Part shown: positions 1 to 7,771 of the stretch, one piece after another
Layout: each line of letters opens with the position of its first letter
Position numbering within the stretch: the first letter of the stretch is position 1
Assembly: GCA_964615185.1 (NCBI GenBank)
Contig: CAZTOS010000057.1
Span: 1 to 15,144 of the forward strand
From: an uncultured Thermococci archaeon
GTDB lineage: Archaea > Methanobacteriota_B > Thermococci > Thermococcales > Thermococcaceae
Direction of reading: 5' to 3'
Length of the DNA: 15,144 bases
Program-made: the position numbers and the translations under genes
The notes under the pieces: generated by a model
What the model was told of the DNA's origin: nothing
The model's input: only the letters and a program-made list of their open reading frames with translations
The model's database searches: none

Positions 1-432
1 GTCTACAATCACAATATCCCTCTCAGAAAGCAAGACATGCATTAAAAAAGCTCTTGCAAGGGCTATTGCTGGACACAGGCAACCTTCTTTGCTCTGCTCT
101 ATGCTTCCAACAACGACAAGCTTTAAATTTGGCTTTATTGCTATACCGTATTGGTCGGCCAAATCATCAACCTTCGGGGTTAGCGAGAATAGAACTCCCC
201 AGCCCTCACCTGGCCTTGCTCCGGTCCTTTCCTCTGCAAGCTTTTCATTTCGCGAAAGTGGAACAATTTCTAAAGCTTCCTCGAATGGGATTCCCAAACT
301 TTGAGCAAGATTGGGGACTGAATCTGTGTCTAAAGCCAATATGTTATACCCTTTGTCGGCCAAGATATGGGCCAATAAAGCCGAAATTGTAGTTTTTCCA
401 ACTCCCCCTTTTCCAGCAACGAGTATCTTCAT
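1..432 (-). CDS. cooC: CO dehydrogenase nickel-insertion ATPase CooC (5' part; runs off the left edge of the window)
   Basis: Not in the ORF track; translated by hand from the ATG at 432: MKILVAGKGGVGKTTISALLAHILADKGYNILALDTDSVPNLAQSLG...EGCLCPAIALARAFL...DIVIVD. Has the deviant Walker A (GKGGVGKT), DxD and the CxC Ni-binding motif (GCLC). A GGGGG RBS lies upstream, and the gene directly follows cooS. Confidence 0.95.
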   Translation of the reverse strand, partial: MKILVAGKGGVGKTTISALLAHILADKGYNILALDTDSVPNLAQSLGIPFEEALEIVPLSRNEKLAEERTGARPGEGWGVLFSLTPKVDDLADQYGIAIKPNLKLVVVGSIEQSKEGCLCPAIALARAFLMHVLLSERDIVIVD

Positions 433-486
433 TTTAGTGCCCCCAATGATTAAATCGTGCTTCTTCTATAATTGCTTTTTCAAAAT

Positions 487-506
487 TAAAAACCAAAAAG
501 GAAAAA
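487..506 (-). terminator. Oligo-T tract after cooS (possible archaeal terminator or attenuator)
   Basis: Minus strand reads TTTTTCCTTTTTGGTTTTTA immediately after the cooS stop codon. Confidence 0.45.
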
Positions 507-2408
507 TCAAACAGGCCATTTAAGCTTCTTCCTTTTCTCAATTATCACATTGTATATTGTTTCCGCTGCTTTTACTGGGTCTGGCTCAACGTAGAATTTT
601 CCTCCAATGAGATCCTCAATGTCATCCGTGAGGAGTTTTGTAACCTTCTGGCTTCCAAGCACAGGTGGAACTACTCCTAAGTGGGTGAACACACCGCTTG
701 CAACGAAGTAGGTTCCGATTGATACTGCTTTTTCACTCATCCATTCCGGAGCAGAGCCGGCTGCAGGCAAGTCTGGAATATCAACCCCCAATGCATCTGC
801 CAGAGCTCCAAGAACAATCAGGATTCTTGAACAGTCAACACAGCTTCCCATGTGCAGACATGGTGGAATTCCAAGTGCCTCACACACAGCTTTAAGTCCG
901 TCTCCTGCCATCTTTGTCGCTTCAGGTGTTAATAAACCGTCCATTGCTGCAGCAATTCCCCAGCAACCAGTTCCAACTACCAAAATGTCTCTCTTTATGA
1001 GTTCTTTGGCTATTGTTACATGACTGTGATTGTGTTTAACCTTTGGATTGTTACACCCAACGATTCCAACAACTCCTTTAATTGTCCCCTCTTTAAGTGC
1101 ATTAATGAGAGGCTCAAGGGTTCCTCCTAAAGCCTCAAGAATTGCCTCGACACTGAAGCCTGCAACGACTTCACTCTTGTGTTTTGGAATGTAAACTCTC
1201 TCCTTTGGTCTGTTCTGGAAGTTTTCAATTGCGATTTTGATTATCTCCTTGGCAATTTCATCTGCTTTCTCTGGTTTGAACTCTATGTGCACTGCTCCAG
1301 GTATGTGGCCTTTTGGTTCGGTTGTGATTATCTTTGTGTGATAACAGCCGGCTACATCAGTCAATGCAGGCATTAAGCACTGGTAATCCACAATCATGGC
1401 CTCAACAGCACCTGTTATTATTGCTAACTCTTGCATCAGGAAGTTTCCGGCCGGAGGAATACCAAGTCTCATCAAAACTTCATTTCCGGTACAGCACATT
1501 CCTACAACGTTTACTCCCTTAGCCCCATATTTTTTGGCCAATTTCTGCATCTCCTCACTTTGAGCGACTTCAACTATCTTCATTGAGAGCACTGGATTGT
1601 GGCCGTGAACAACTATATTCACATAATCCTCTTTGAGAACACCTAAGTTTGCAACAGTTTTAATCGGTTTTGGTGTTCCGAAGAGGATGTCGCTTAGATA
1701 AGTAGCCATCATTGAGCCACTCCAGCCATCAGCCAATGCTGTTCTAACGCCGTGAAGGAGAAGTGAAGCTGGATCTGCATCGACACCTATATGTGTTCTG
1801 TGCATGCATTCACAAATTTCCCTATCTATTGCTCTTGGCAGGACTCCAAGCCTCTCCCACACTTTAATCCTCTTCTTAGGCGCCGTTGCCATGAGTAGCC
1901 TCATTGGCTCATCATCAGGCTTTCCAAACTCCCATTCTAAGATGTGTGCAACTTCTAAGGCTATCTCACTCTCAGTTTTCCCTTCTACATCTATTCCCAA
2001 AGCTTGAGCTAACCCCTTAAGCTTCTCAACGTCAGTCAGCTTGTACCCCTTGAACTCCCCCGTTGCTGCTCCTTTAAACACATGAACGATATCTCTTGCA
2101 TGATCGCTGTGTGCTGCAGCACCAGCTGCAATCATCCTCAAAAGGTTTCTTGCAACTATTGTATCAGCATCTGCTCCACAAACACCTCTGGTTGGCCCAG
2201 CGCCAAATGGGTCAATCCTACATGGACCCATGTTACAGTTTCTACAACACACTCCCAGAAGACCAAAGCCACATTGGGGTTGCTGTTCTAAAAAGCGGTG
2301 CCAAGCAGTCTTCACACCCTCCTCCTCAGCCTTCTCAATCAGGTCAGCAACTCCCTTGGTTTCGGAAACCTGCTTTGCAGGAACCTTAAACTTTATGTAT
2401 TCCGCCAT
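507..2408 (-). CDS. cooS: Anaerobic Ni,Fe carbon monoxide dehydrogenase catalytic subunit
   Basis: D/B-cluster motif QCGFGLLGVCCRNCNMGPC...C; AAHSDH histidines; C-cluster ligands in HGHNP, MCCTG, DYQC, GCNN, TGCW and GSCVD; SEKA lysine. ATG at 2408 is preferred over GTG at 2417 because GAGGTG (2420-2415) then serves as the RBS. Confidence 0.98.
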   Translation of the reverse strand: MAEYIKFKVPAKQVSETKGVADLIEKAEEEGVKTAWHRFLEQQPQCGFGLLGVCCRNCNMGPCRIDPFGAGPTRGVCGADADTIVARNLLRMIAAGAAAHSDHARDIVHVFKGAATGEFKGYKLTDVEKLKGLAQALGIDVEGKTESEIALEVAHILEWEFGKPDDEPMRLLMATAPKKRIKVWERLGVLPRAIDREICECMHRTHIGVDADPASLLLHGVRTALADGWSGSMMATYLSDILFGTPKPIKTVANLGVLKEDYVNIVVHGHNPVLSMKIVEVAQSEEMQKLAKKYGAKGVNVVGMCCTGNEVLMRLGIPPAGNFLMQELAIITGAVEAMIVDYQCLMPALTDVAGCYHTKIITTEPKGHIPGAVHIEFKPEKADEIAKEIIKIAIENFQNRPKERVYIPKHKSEVVAGFSVEAILEALGGTLEPLINALKEGTIKGVVGIVGCNNPKVKHNHSHVTIAKELIKRDILVVGTGCWGIAAAMDGLLTPEATKMAGDGLKAVCEALGIPPCLHMGSCVDCSRILIVLGALADALGVDIPDLPAAGSAPEWMSEKAVSIGTYFVASGVFTHLGVVPPVLGSQKVTKLLTDDIEDLIGGKFYVEPDPVKAAETIYNVIIEKRKKLKWPV

Positions 2409-2418
2409 CTCAACCACC

Positions 2419-3054
2419 TCAATACCACTTAACCTCTAAGTAAGCTGTATAAACATCCATCGGACTGACTTTCTCTTCCTTTTTCTTTTCCTTAACAACT
2501 GGCTCCACGTATACAATGCCCGGAACTTTCAAGCCCGAAGTTAGTTCCTCCGCTCTTTCTTTTCTAATCTCATTAAGAATTTCTTCAAGGGTTCCAAACT
2601 TCAATGCATTGGTGGGGCAAGCCTCTACACATGCCGGCTCTCTGCCTTCCCTAACTCTCTCAATGCATGAATCGCACTTTAGAACAACCTTGTACTCTGG
2701 TTCATATTTCGGATGTCCAAATGGACATGCCATAACACACATCAAACAACCAATACATTTGTTGGCATTGAGTATTACAAAGCCCTCCTCGCTCTTCTTT
2801 ATTGCTCCAGTTGGGCAGACTTTTATACATGGAGCATCTTCACAATGCTGACATCTCAGCGGAACATTGAAGAAATCTGCAACTACGACCTTTAGTCTTG
2901 GTTTGGGCGTTGGTTTTTCGAAGATTGCTCCGAATAATGTTTTGCTCATTGAATGCTCCACTGCACATGCTATTTCACAAGACCTGCATCCCATGCACTT
3001 CTTTGGATCAATGTAAATTGTTGGTCTCTCTAAATCTGTTCCAAGAAGCGACAT
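2419..3054 (-). CDS. cooF: 4x[4Fe-4S] electron-transfer subunit CooF
   Basis: Cys motifs CMGCRSCEIAC, CQHCEDAPCIKVC, CIGCLMCVMAC and CDSC...PACVEAC; lies directly upstream of cooS. Start moved from 3147 to ATG 3054, which follows a GAGGTGA RBS (3066-3060). Confidence 0.93.
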   Translation of the reverse strand: MSLLGTDLERPTIYIDPKKCMGCRSCEIACAVEHSMSKTLFGAIFEKPTPKPRLKVVVADFFNVPLRCQHCEDAPCIKVCPTGAIKKSEEGFVILNANKCIGCLMCVMACPFGHPKYEPEYKVVLKCDSCIERVREGREPACVEACPTNALKFGTLEEILNEIRKERAEELTSGLKVPGIVYVEPVVKEKKKEEKVSPMDVYTAYLEVKWY

Positions 3055-3088
3055 TGCTATCACCTCAAGAGTTAGGTAAACAAAGGAG

Positions 3089-3156
3089 ATTAATAAGGAG
3101 ACCGTGTTCGGCAAATAACTCAAAAATTCCTTAATTTGTTCATGCACAGAAACACG
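3089..3156 (-). promoter_or_regulatory. Putative cooFSC promoter: TATA-like TTATTAAT with an upstream imperfect inverted repeat
   Basis: TTATTAAT on the minus strand at 3096-3089. Inverted arms CGTGTT (3103-3108) / AACACG (3151-3156) enclose an inner AAATT-cctt-AATTT (3124-3137). Confidence 0.5.
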
Positions 3157-3158
3157 TT

Positions 3159-4280
3159 TCAGTATTCATAAAGTGATACTATTGCTTTTTCTCTTATTTC
3201 CCTGTACTCCTTTAGGAGGTCTTTAGCAAACTCTGTTAGAATTGTTATTCCTTTTTTCCTGCCCCCTCTGACAGATATAATCAGAGAAATGCCCAGTTTT
3301 TCTTCGAGACTTCTTATTTTTTCCCAATACGTCGAAGGAGAAACCCCAAGAGCTTTACATGCAGCTCTAAATGAATTAACCTGGGAAATTAGTTCCAAAA
3401 GTTCCAAAATCTCCCCAGGGATCTCAACACCCTCTTTTGTCACGAATGAGACCCGTATCTTAGGTGAAAGTCCAACGACGTTTCGATTTATTGCACAGGG
3501 TGAAAAGAGCATTTTTCTTAGATCTTCTCTTGTTATTCTCTTATAATTCACTTCAAATCTTGAAAGTGGGCATTTTGAGAAGTTCCCATATGGATTCAAG
3601 TACAGGGCTTTACAGTTCTCAGCACTTGGAGAGGTCAGTAGCGTTACTGGATAATTGTCTATGAAGACTTTAATGGCATTGTAGAAATATTTCTTTCCAT
3701 AATGAAGACCAATTTCAACGTTTTCTTTTTTCGCAATTTTTTCAAGAAACTTATCTGCATATGGAGATGCATAAAGCTTTGGTCCTAACGTTATCTTTAA
3801 CCCATAACTTTTGCATACTTCAATTGTTGAAAGGATTTCAGCAAAGTCAGAGTTGGAATCCAGCAAAATATACGCCTCAAGGTTGTCTATACCCTGAGAA
3901 AGGAGCATTTTTACTGTCTGAAGGTTTGACTTTAAATCTTTATAAGAGGGTGTAATTAGAGAAATAAAATCAACGTTCTCAAGGGAAGTTTTGTGAAGGA
4001 AATTTCTTGAAACAGAGACTGGAATGAAGAGGGTAAGCTTTCTGCAGAGTTCCATAGTTTGCCGGATTATGACATCAATCTTTGGATGAAGGAGGGGATT
4101 TGGACATATCAAAAGCCCCTCATCAAATTTAAAATCCTCAAGGTGAGAGGTGAGTATTTCCAATGCCTCAAGAGGAAGCATTATCCCGGCACAGCCAAAT
4201 TTCTCTTTCCAGGGACATATCAGACAACTACCGTCACATTTGCTTGAAGGTTGAACTGCTAAGATGCCCATATTCCTCAC
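3159..4280 (-). CDS. corR: CO-responsive transcriptional regulator CorR (C-terminal ModE/LysR-type winged HTH; N-terminal Cys-rich domain)
   Basis: C-terminal ELLELISQVNSFRAACKALGVSPSTYWEKIRSLEEKLG...RGGRKKGITILTEFAKDLL matches the HTH_1/ModE N-terminal pattern. Position between a V4R gene and cooF matches the corQR-cooFSC order of carboxydotrophic Thermococcus. The GTG start overlaps the corQ stop (GTGA); an alternative ATG is at 4271. Confidence 0.85.
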   Translation of the reverse strand: MRNMGILAVQPSSKCDGSCLICPWKEKFGCAGIMLPLEALEILTSHLEDFKFDEGLLICPNPLLHPKIDVIIRQTMELCRKLTLFIPVSVSRNFLHKTSLENVDFISLITPSYKDLKSNLQTVKMLLSQGIDNLEAYILLDSNSDFAEILSTIEVCKSYGLKITLGPKLYASPYADKFLEKIAKKENVEIGLHYGKKYFYNAIKVFIDNYPVTLLTSPSAENCKALYLNPYGNFSKCPLSRFEVNYKRITREDLRKMLFSPCAINRNVVGLSPKIRVSFVTKEGVEIPGEILELLELISQVNSFRAACKALGVSPSTYWEKIRSLEEKLGISLIISVRGGRKKGITILTEFAKDLLKEYREIREKAIVSLYEY

Positions 4281-4837
4281 TCAAATATTACTTCAAATCC
4301 ACAGAAGGAGTTGCCAAGTCCCCAGCAGTAGATTTCACGAGTTACATTCTTTCCAACGAGTTCTTCCATAACTCCTTGAATAAGCCCTGCTTCAAAGTCA
4401 CATAGGATTCTGCCAATAGGAGGTGCTCGGTAACAACTGATACACTCATATATGTTCACTTTCATCTTGCTGAATGACTCATCTACAATATCAAGAAGCC
4501 CTATTTTTTGATTTAGAAACACTTTTGGCAGATCATCAATGCTCCTAATCTCTCCGGTTTCTATCAATCTGCGAGCTAAATTATATCCAGCACCCCTCAA
4601 AATTAGAGTCCTCAAAGATGGGCTGTATTCAAGCATGCCATACAAAATCATTCTGAATGTTCTCACGTATTTCCTGTCCTCCGGAGAGATTTTCACGAAA
4701 AACGGACGTACGACATTAAAGTAATTTTCTGGGGTTAGTCTAATCTCTTCTCTGTGTTTCTTTTTGCTTTTAACCTCCTCTTTGTAAATTTTCCTCCACT
4801 TTTCTATTAAAACACTAATATCCTCCGTACCAATCAC
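4277..4837 (-). CDS. corQ: V4R-domain regulatory protein CorQ
   Basis: V4R motifs YECISC...CDFEAGLIQG...EIYCWGLGNSFCGF; overlaps the start of the downstream wHTH regulator, upstream of the CODH genes. Confidence 0.85.
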   Translation of the reverse strand: MIGTEDISVLIEKWRKIYKEEVKSKKKHREEIRLTPENYFNVVRPFFVKISPEDRKYVRTFRMILYGMLEYSPSLRTLILRGAGYNLARRLIETGEIRSIDDLPKVFLNQKIGLLDIVDESFSKMKVNIYECISCYRAPPIGRILCDFEAGLIQGVMEELVGKNVTREIYCWGLGNSFCGFEVIFE

Positions 4838-4862
4838 CTAAATGAAATTATTTGCATATATC

Positions 4863-4894
4863 ACTTTAAGATTTTTGGTCAAAAATCTTTTCAA
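4863..4894. promoter_or_regulatory. Back-to-back divergent BRE-TATA promoters (corQ / sfsA) forming a 10-bp inverted repeat
   Basis: AAGATTTTTG-GT-CAAAAATCTT at 4868-4889. The minus strand reads AAAAATCTTAAAG about 30 nt before the corQ start, and the plus strand reads AAAAATCTTTTCAA about 30 nt before ATG 4918. Confidence 0.55.
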
Positions 4895-4917
4895 TGAAAA
4901 AATTTATGCTGTTTATT

Positions 4918-5613
4918 ATGATACTCCTAAAGCTTCCCATTATTGAAGGGGAGTTCATTGAGAGAATAAACAGATTCGTTGGATTGGTCAGAATAAACGG
5001 TGAAGTTAAGCGAACCCTTATAACAAACACTGGACGCTTGGAGGAATTTATGGTTAAAGGTAGAAAGTGCTTCTGCACTCCAAAACAAGGAGGAAAAACA
5101 GACTTTGTTTTAGTTGCTTTTGAAGATAGAAATTCTAAAGGTGCAGTAATTGATACAAGAACTCAAATGAGGGCATTTGAGAGGATTATCGAGCTTGGAT
5201 TAATTTCATGGCTGAGAGATTGCCACATTAAAAAGAGGGAAGTCAAAATTGGGGCTTCTCGACTGGACTACCTTTTGGAGTGTAATGGAGAAGAAATCTG
5301 GATTGAAATGAAAAGTGCTGTTCTCAGGGAAGGGGAATATGCAATGTATCCCGACTGTCCAAGCTTAAGAGGTCAGAAGCACATCAGAGAGCTCATAAAA
5401 CTCCGAGAGGAGGGCAAAAGGACAATGGTTGTTTTTATTGGAGCTCTGCCAGATGTCAAGAGGTTTAAGCCTTATGCTAAAGGGGACCCAGAAATTGCAA
5501 GGCTTTTAAAGGAAGCAAAAGATAGAGGAGTTGAAATAAAAGCCTTGAGTATAGCTCTCTTACCCTCAGGGGAAGTTGTTCTTGAGAGGGATAATCTTGA
5601 GGTTGAAATTTAG
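4918..5613 (+). CDS. sfsA: DNA/RNA nuclease SfsA (sugar fermentation stimulation protein homologue)
   Basis: Motifs FIERINRF, NTGRLEE, SRLDYLL...WIEMKS (PD-(D/E)xK), YPDCPSLRGQKH and PYAKGDP. The start is uncertain: ATG at 4894, 4906 or 4918. Confidence 0.92.
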   Translation: MILLKLPIIEGEFIERINRFVGLVRINGEVKRTLITNTGRLEEFMVKGRKCFCTPKQGGKTDFVLVAFEDRNSKGAVIDTRTQMRAFERIIELGLISWLRDCHIKKREVKIGASRLDYLLECNGEEIWIEMKSAVLREGEYAMYPDCPSLRGQKHIRELIKLREEGKRTMVVFIGALPDVKRFKPYAKGDPEIARLLKEAKDRGVEIKALSIALLPSGEVVLERDNLEVEI

Positions 5614-5686
5614 GAGAGTTTTTAAAGCCCATAGAGTTTAACACTCCTTAGGGGGTAACACCCCCAAGCTTAAAGAGGTGTCTGGA

Positions 5687-6541
5687 ATGACGATTGTGGA
5701 TGTTAGAATTTTAGTTGAAGGTGCGAGCGACGTTGAGGTTGTTAGCAAAGCTCTGCAAGGTCTTGCTTTAGGAAGTGAATACAACATAACGATTTCCTCA
5801 ATAATTCCAACGACGAATTTAGAAATTGCAAAAAGTGCAGCAGCTGGAGCAGATTTGCTTATAATAGCAACTGACGCCGATAGAGTTGGAAGAGAACTTG
5901 CAGACAGGCTCTTCAGAGAGCTCAGCGAATTAGTTGGACATGTTGAAAGAATGAAAATCCCACTAGGACACGACTTGGAGCACATAGATGTCGAGCTTGT
6001 GAGGAAAGAGCTCAAAAATACTCTCGTGAGAGCAGGATTGAAGAGTCTGCAACTTCTCCCAGAATACATGGCCCTCAGAAATCAGTTGCTTGACTTGAAA
6101 GGAAAATATGAGATGCTTGAACAAGAGAAACAGAAGCTTGAAAGTCAGCTCCAGGAAATTGAGCAGAACTATGAAGAACTTAGGCAGGAATATCAGAGGT
6201 TAAAGGATGAAAATGAAAACCTAAAGATACTTCTTGATAAGAGGAGCAATTTAGTTAGGATTGAAGATGCATGGAAGCAGATTTTCCCAGCAGAAGAGGT
6301 TCCAGACGAAGAAATCATAGGGGAAGCCGTTGAAAGGCTCGGGTTACAAGGTAGGGTAATTGTCGGTCAAGGATACATCTATGCAGAGGAAGAGAAACTG
6401 ATTGAAGAACTCCTAAAAATTGTATACCTTACCATGACAATTGCAAAACCGGAAGAGCAGGAAAAACCAGAAGAGAAAACTGAAGAAAGCGAGAAAATAG
6501 AAGAAACCGAGGCCTTTCATGAAAAAATAGAAGAGCTTTGA
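5687..6541 (+). CDS. Archaeal TOPRIM-domain protein with central coiled coil (COG4026-like)
   Basis: N-terminal ILVEGASD and IATDADRVG TOPRIM motifs, a long heptad-rich E/K/Q/L segment and an acidic tail. GAGGTG RBS precedes ATG 5687. Confidence 0.8.
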   Translation: MTIVDVRILVEGASDVEVVSKALQGLALGSEYNITISSIIPTTNLEIAKSAAAGADLLIIATDADRVGRELADRLFRELSELVGHVERMKIPLGHDLEHIDVELVRKELKNTLVRAGLKSLQLLPEYMALRNQLLDLKGKYEMLEQEKQKLESQLQEIEQNYEELRQEYQRLKDENENLKILLDKRSNLVRIEDAWKQIFPAEEVPDEEIIGEAVERLGLQGRVIVGQGYIYAEEEKLIEELLKIVYLTMTIAKPEEQEKPEEKTEESEKIEETEAFHEKIEEL

Positions 6542-6570
6542 CCCTTTATCCCCTTTTTTCGTGATGAATC

Positions 6571-7404
6571 ATGGACACGATTGAAGAATTTGAAATGTAT
6601 CTTGAATTGGAAGGCAAGAGTCAGAATACAGTTAGAATGTATTCCTATTACGTGAGGAAGTTTTTAGAAGAGGGAAATGACTTAAATGCCCGCTCTGCCC
6701 TTCGCTTCTTGGCAATGCTTAAAAAGAGTGGATATTCAAATAAAAGTTTAAATCTTGTTGTTCAGGCTTTAAAAGCTTATTTCAGATTTGAAGGACTCGA
6801 AGAGGAGGCTAAAAAAATTAAATCTCCAAAAGTTCCCAGAAGTTTGCCAAAAAGCCTAACAAAGGAGGAAGTTAAAAAACTCCTGAGTGCAATTCCACCA
6901 ACAAGGAAAAGGGATAGGCTTATTGTGTTACTGCTCTACGGTTCTGGACTTAGGGTCAGCGAACTCTGTAACTTGAAAATTAGAGATATTGACTTTAAAC
7001 GCTCTTTAATTATCGTCAGAGGTGGAAAAGGGGCAAAAGACAGAATCGTGCCTATTCCAAAAGCTCTCCTCAAGGAAATTGAAGATTACTTAAAAATGAG
7101 AAATGATAACAGTGAATATCTACTTGTTGAAGAAAGAAGGAATAAAAAAGACAAGCTCTCACCAAAGACCGTATGGTACATCCTTGACAAATATGGGAAA
7201 AAAGCCGGAATTAAAGTTACACCGCATATGCTCAGGCACAGCTTTGCAACTCATATGCTTGAAAATGGGATTGATATTAGAATCATTCAAGAAATTTTAG
7301 GACATTCAAACCTCTCAACGACCCAAATCTACACTAAGGTTACCGTTGAACACTTAAGGAGAGCACAAGAAAAAGCAAGGCTGATTGAGAGTTTGATTGA
7401 GTAG
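6571..7404 (+). CDS. xerA: Tyrosine recombinase XerA (chromosome dimer resolvase)
   Basis: Catalytic R-K-H-R-H-Y set in [24 protein letters not shown] and [12 protein letters not shown]; 277 aa; no attached tRNA or other element genes. Confidence 0.9.
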   Translation: MDTIEEFEMYLELEGKSQNTVRMYSYYVRKFLEEGNDLNARSALRFLAMLKKSGYSNKSLNLVVQALKAYFRFEGLEEEAKKIKSPKVPRSLPKSLTKEEVKKLLSAIPPTRKRDRLIVLLLYGSGLRVSELCNLKIRDIDFKRSLIIVRGGKGAKDRIVPIPKALLKEIEDYLKMRNDNSEYLLVEERRNKKDKLSPKTVWYILDKYGKKAGIKVTPHMLRHSFATHMLENGIDIRIIQEILGHSNLSTTQIYTKVTVEHLRRAQEKARLIESLIE

Positions 7405-7413
7405 CAATCGAAA

Positions 7414-7429
7414 TTTTTATTTTATTTTT
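7414..7429 (+). terminator. Oligo-T terminator after xerA
   Basis: TTTTTATTTTATTTTT about 10 nt after the stop codon. Confidence 0.5.
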
Positions 7430-7439
7430 GAGTTTTGAA

Positions 7440-7749
7440 ATGGTGGCTTTGAGGATTATTGGGGTTGTGATTTTGATATTCCTAATAACCTTTGCATTGG
7501 GATGTACTGAAAAAGGAAACAGTCCCACAACGGGTTTGCAGAGCCCTTCAATTTCGCATCAACCTTTAAAGCCCGAAATTCAAAACATCAAAATTAACCA
7601 AGCAGGACCGCGAGATTCGGGCAAAAGCTGAGAGCATAATCCTTGAAATGGAAACACCTTTGGGAGTGAGGAACTACACGATGGAAAGAGCTGGAGAGAT
7701 TTTCACTTTAAAGCTCAAAACAGATGAAGGTGTGTACAGAGGGTTCTAG
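7440..7749 (+). pseudogene. Frameshifted, probably truncated lipoprotein gene
   Basis: Signal peptide with lipobox-like ending (MVALRIIGVVILIFLITFALGC) and a P/T/S linker; this frame stops at 7631. Protein-like sequence continues in the +1 frame (QDREIRAKAESIILEMETPLGVRNYTMERAGEIFTLKLKTDEGVYRGF*) to TAG 7747-7749. Confidence 0.55.
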
Positions 7750-7771
7750 CACCCATTCTGGTCTATCACGT

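Noticed and set aside
54..523. Plus-strand ORFs 54..392, 89..304 and 311..523
   Set aside because: They are antisense to the cooC frame, which carries clear motifs; they have no recognisable protein features.
698..4724. Many short plus-strand ORFs opposite cooS, cooF, corR and corQ
   Set aside because: Antisense shadows of well-supported minus-strand genes.
6060..6540. Repetitive GAA/AAA-rich sequence
   Set aside because: Reflects coiled-coil and E/K-rich coding, not a DNA repeat.
6561..6610. GTGATGA as box C of a C/D guide RNA
   Set aside because: No CTGA D'/D boxes at suitable spacing; the motif is explained as the xerA RBS.
6571..7404. Tyrosine recombinase as the integrase of a provirus or integrated plasmid
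   Set aside because: Size and sequence fit housekeeping XerA; no tRNA, att repeats or viral genes are visible, and I saw no dif-like site in the window.
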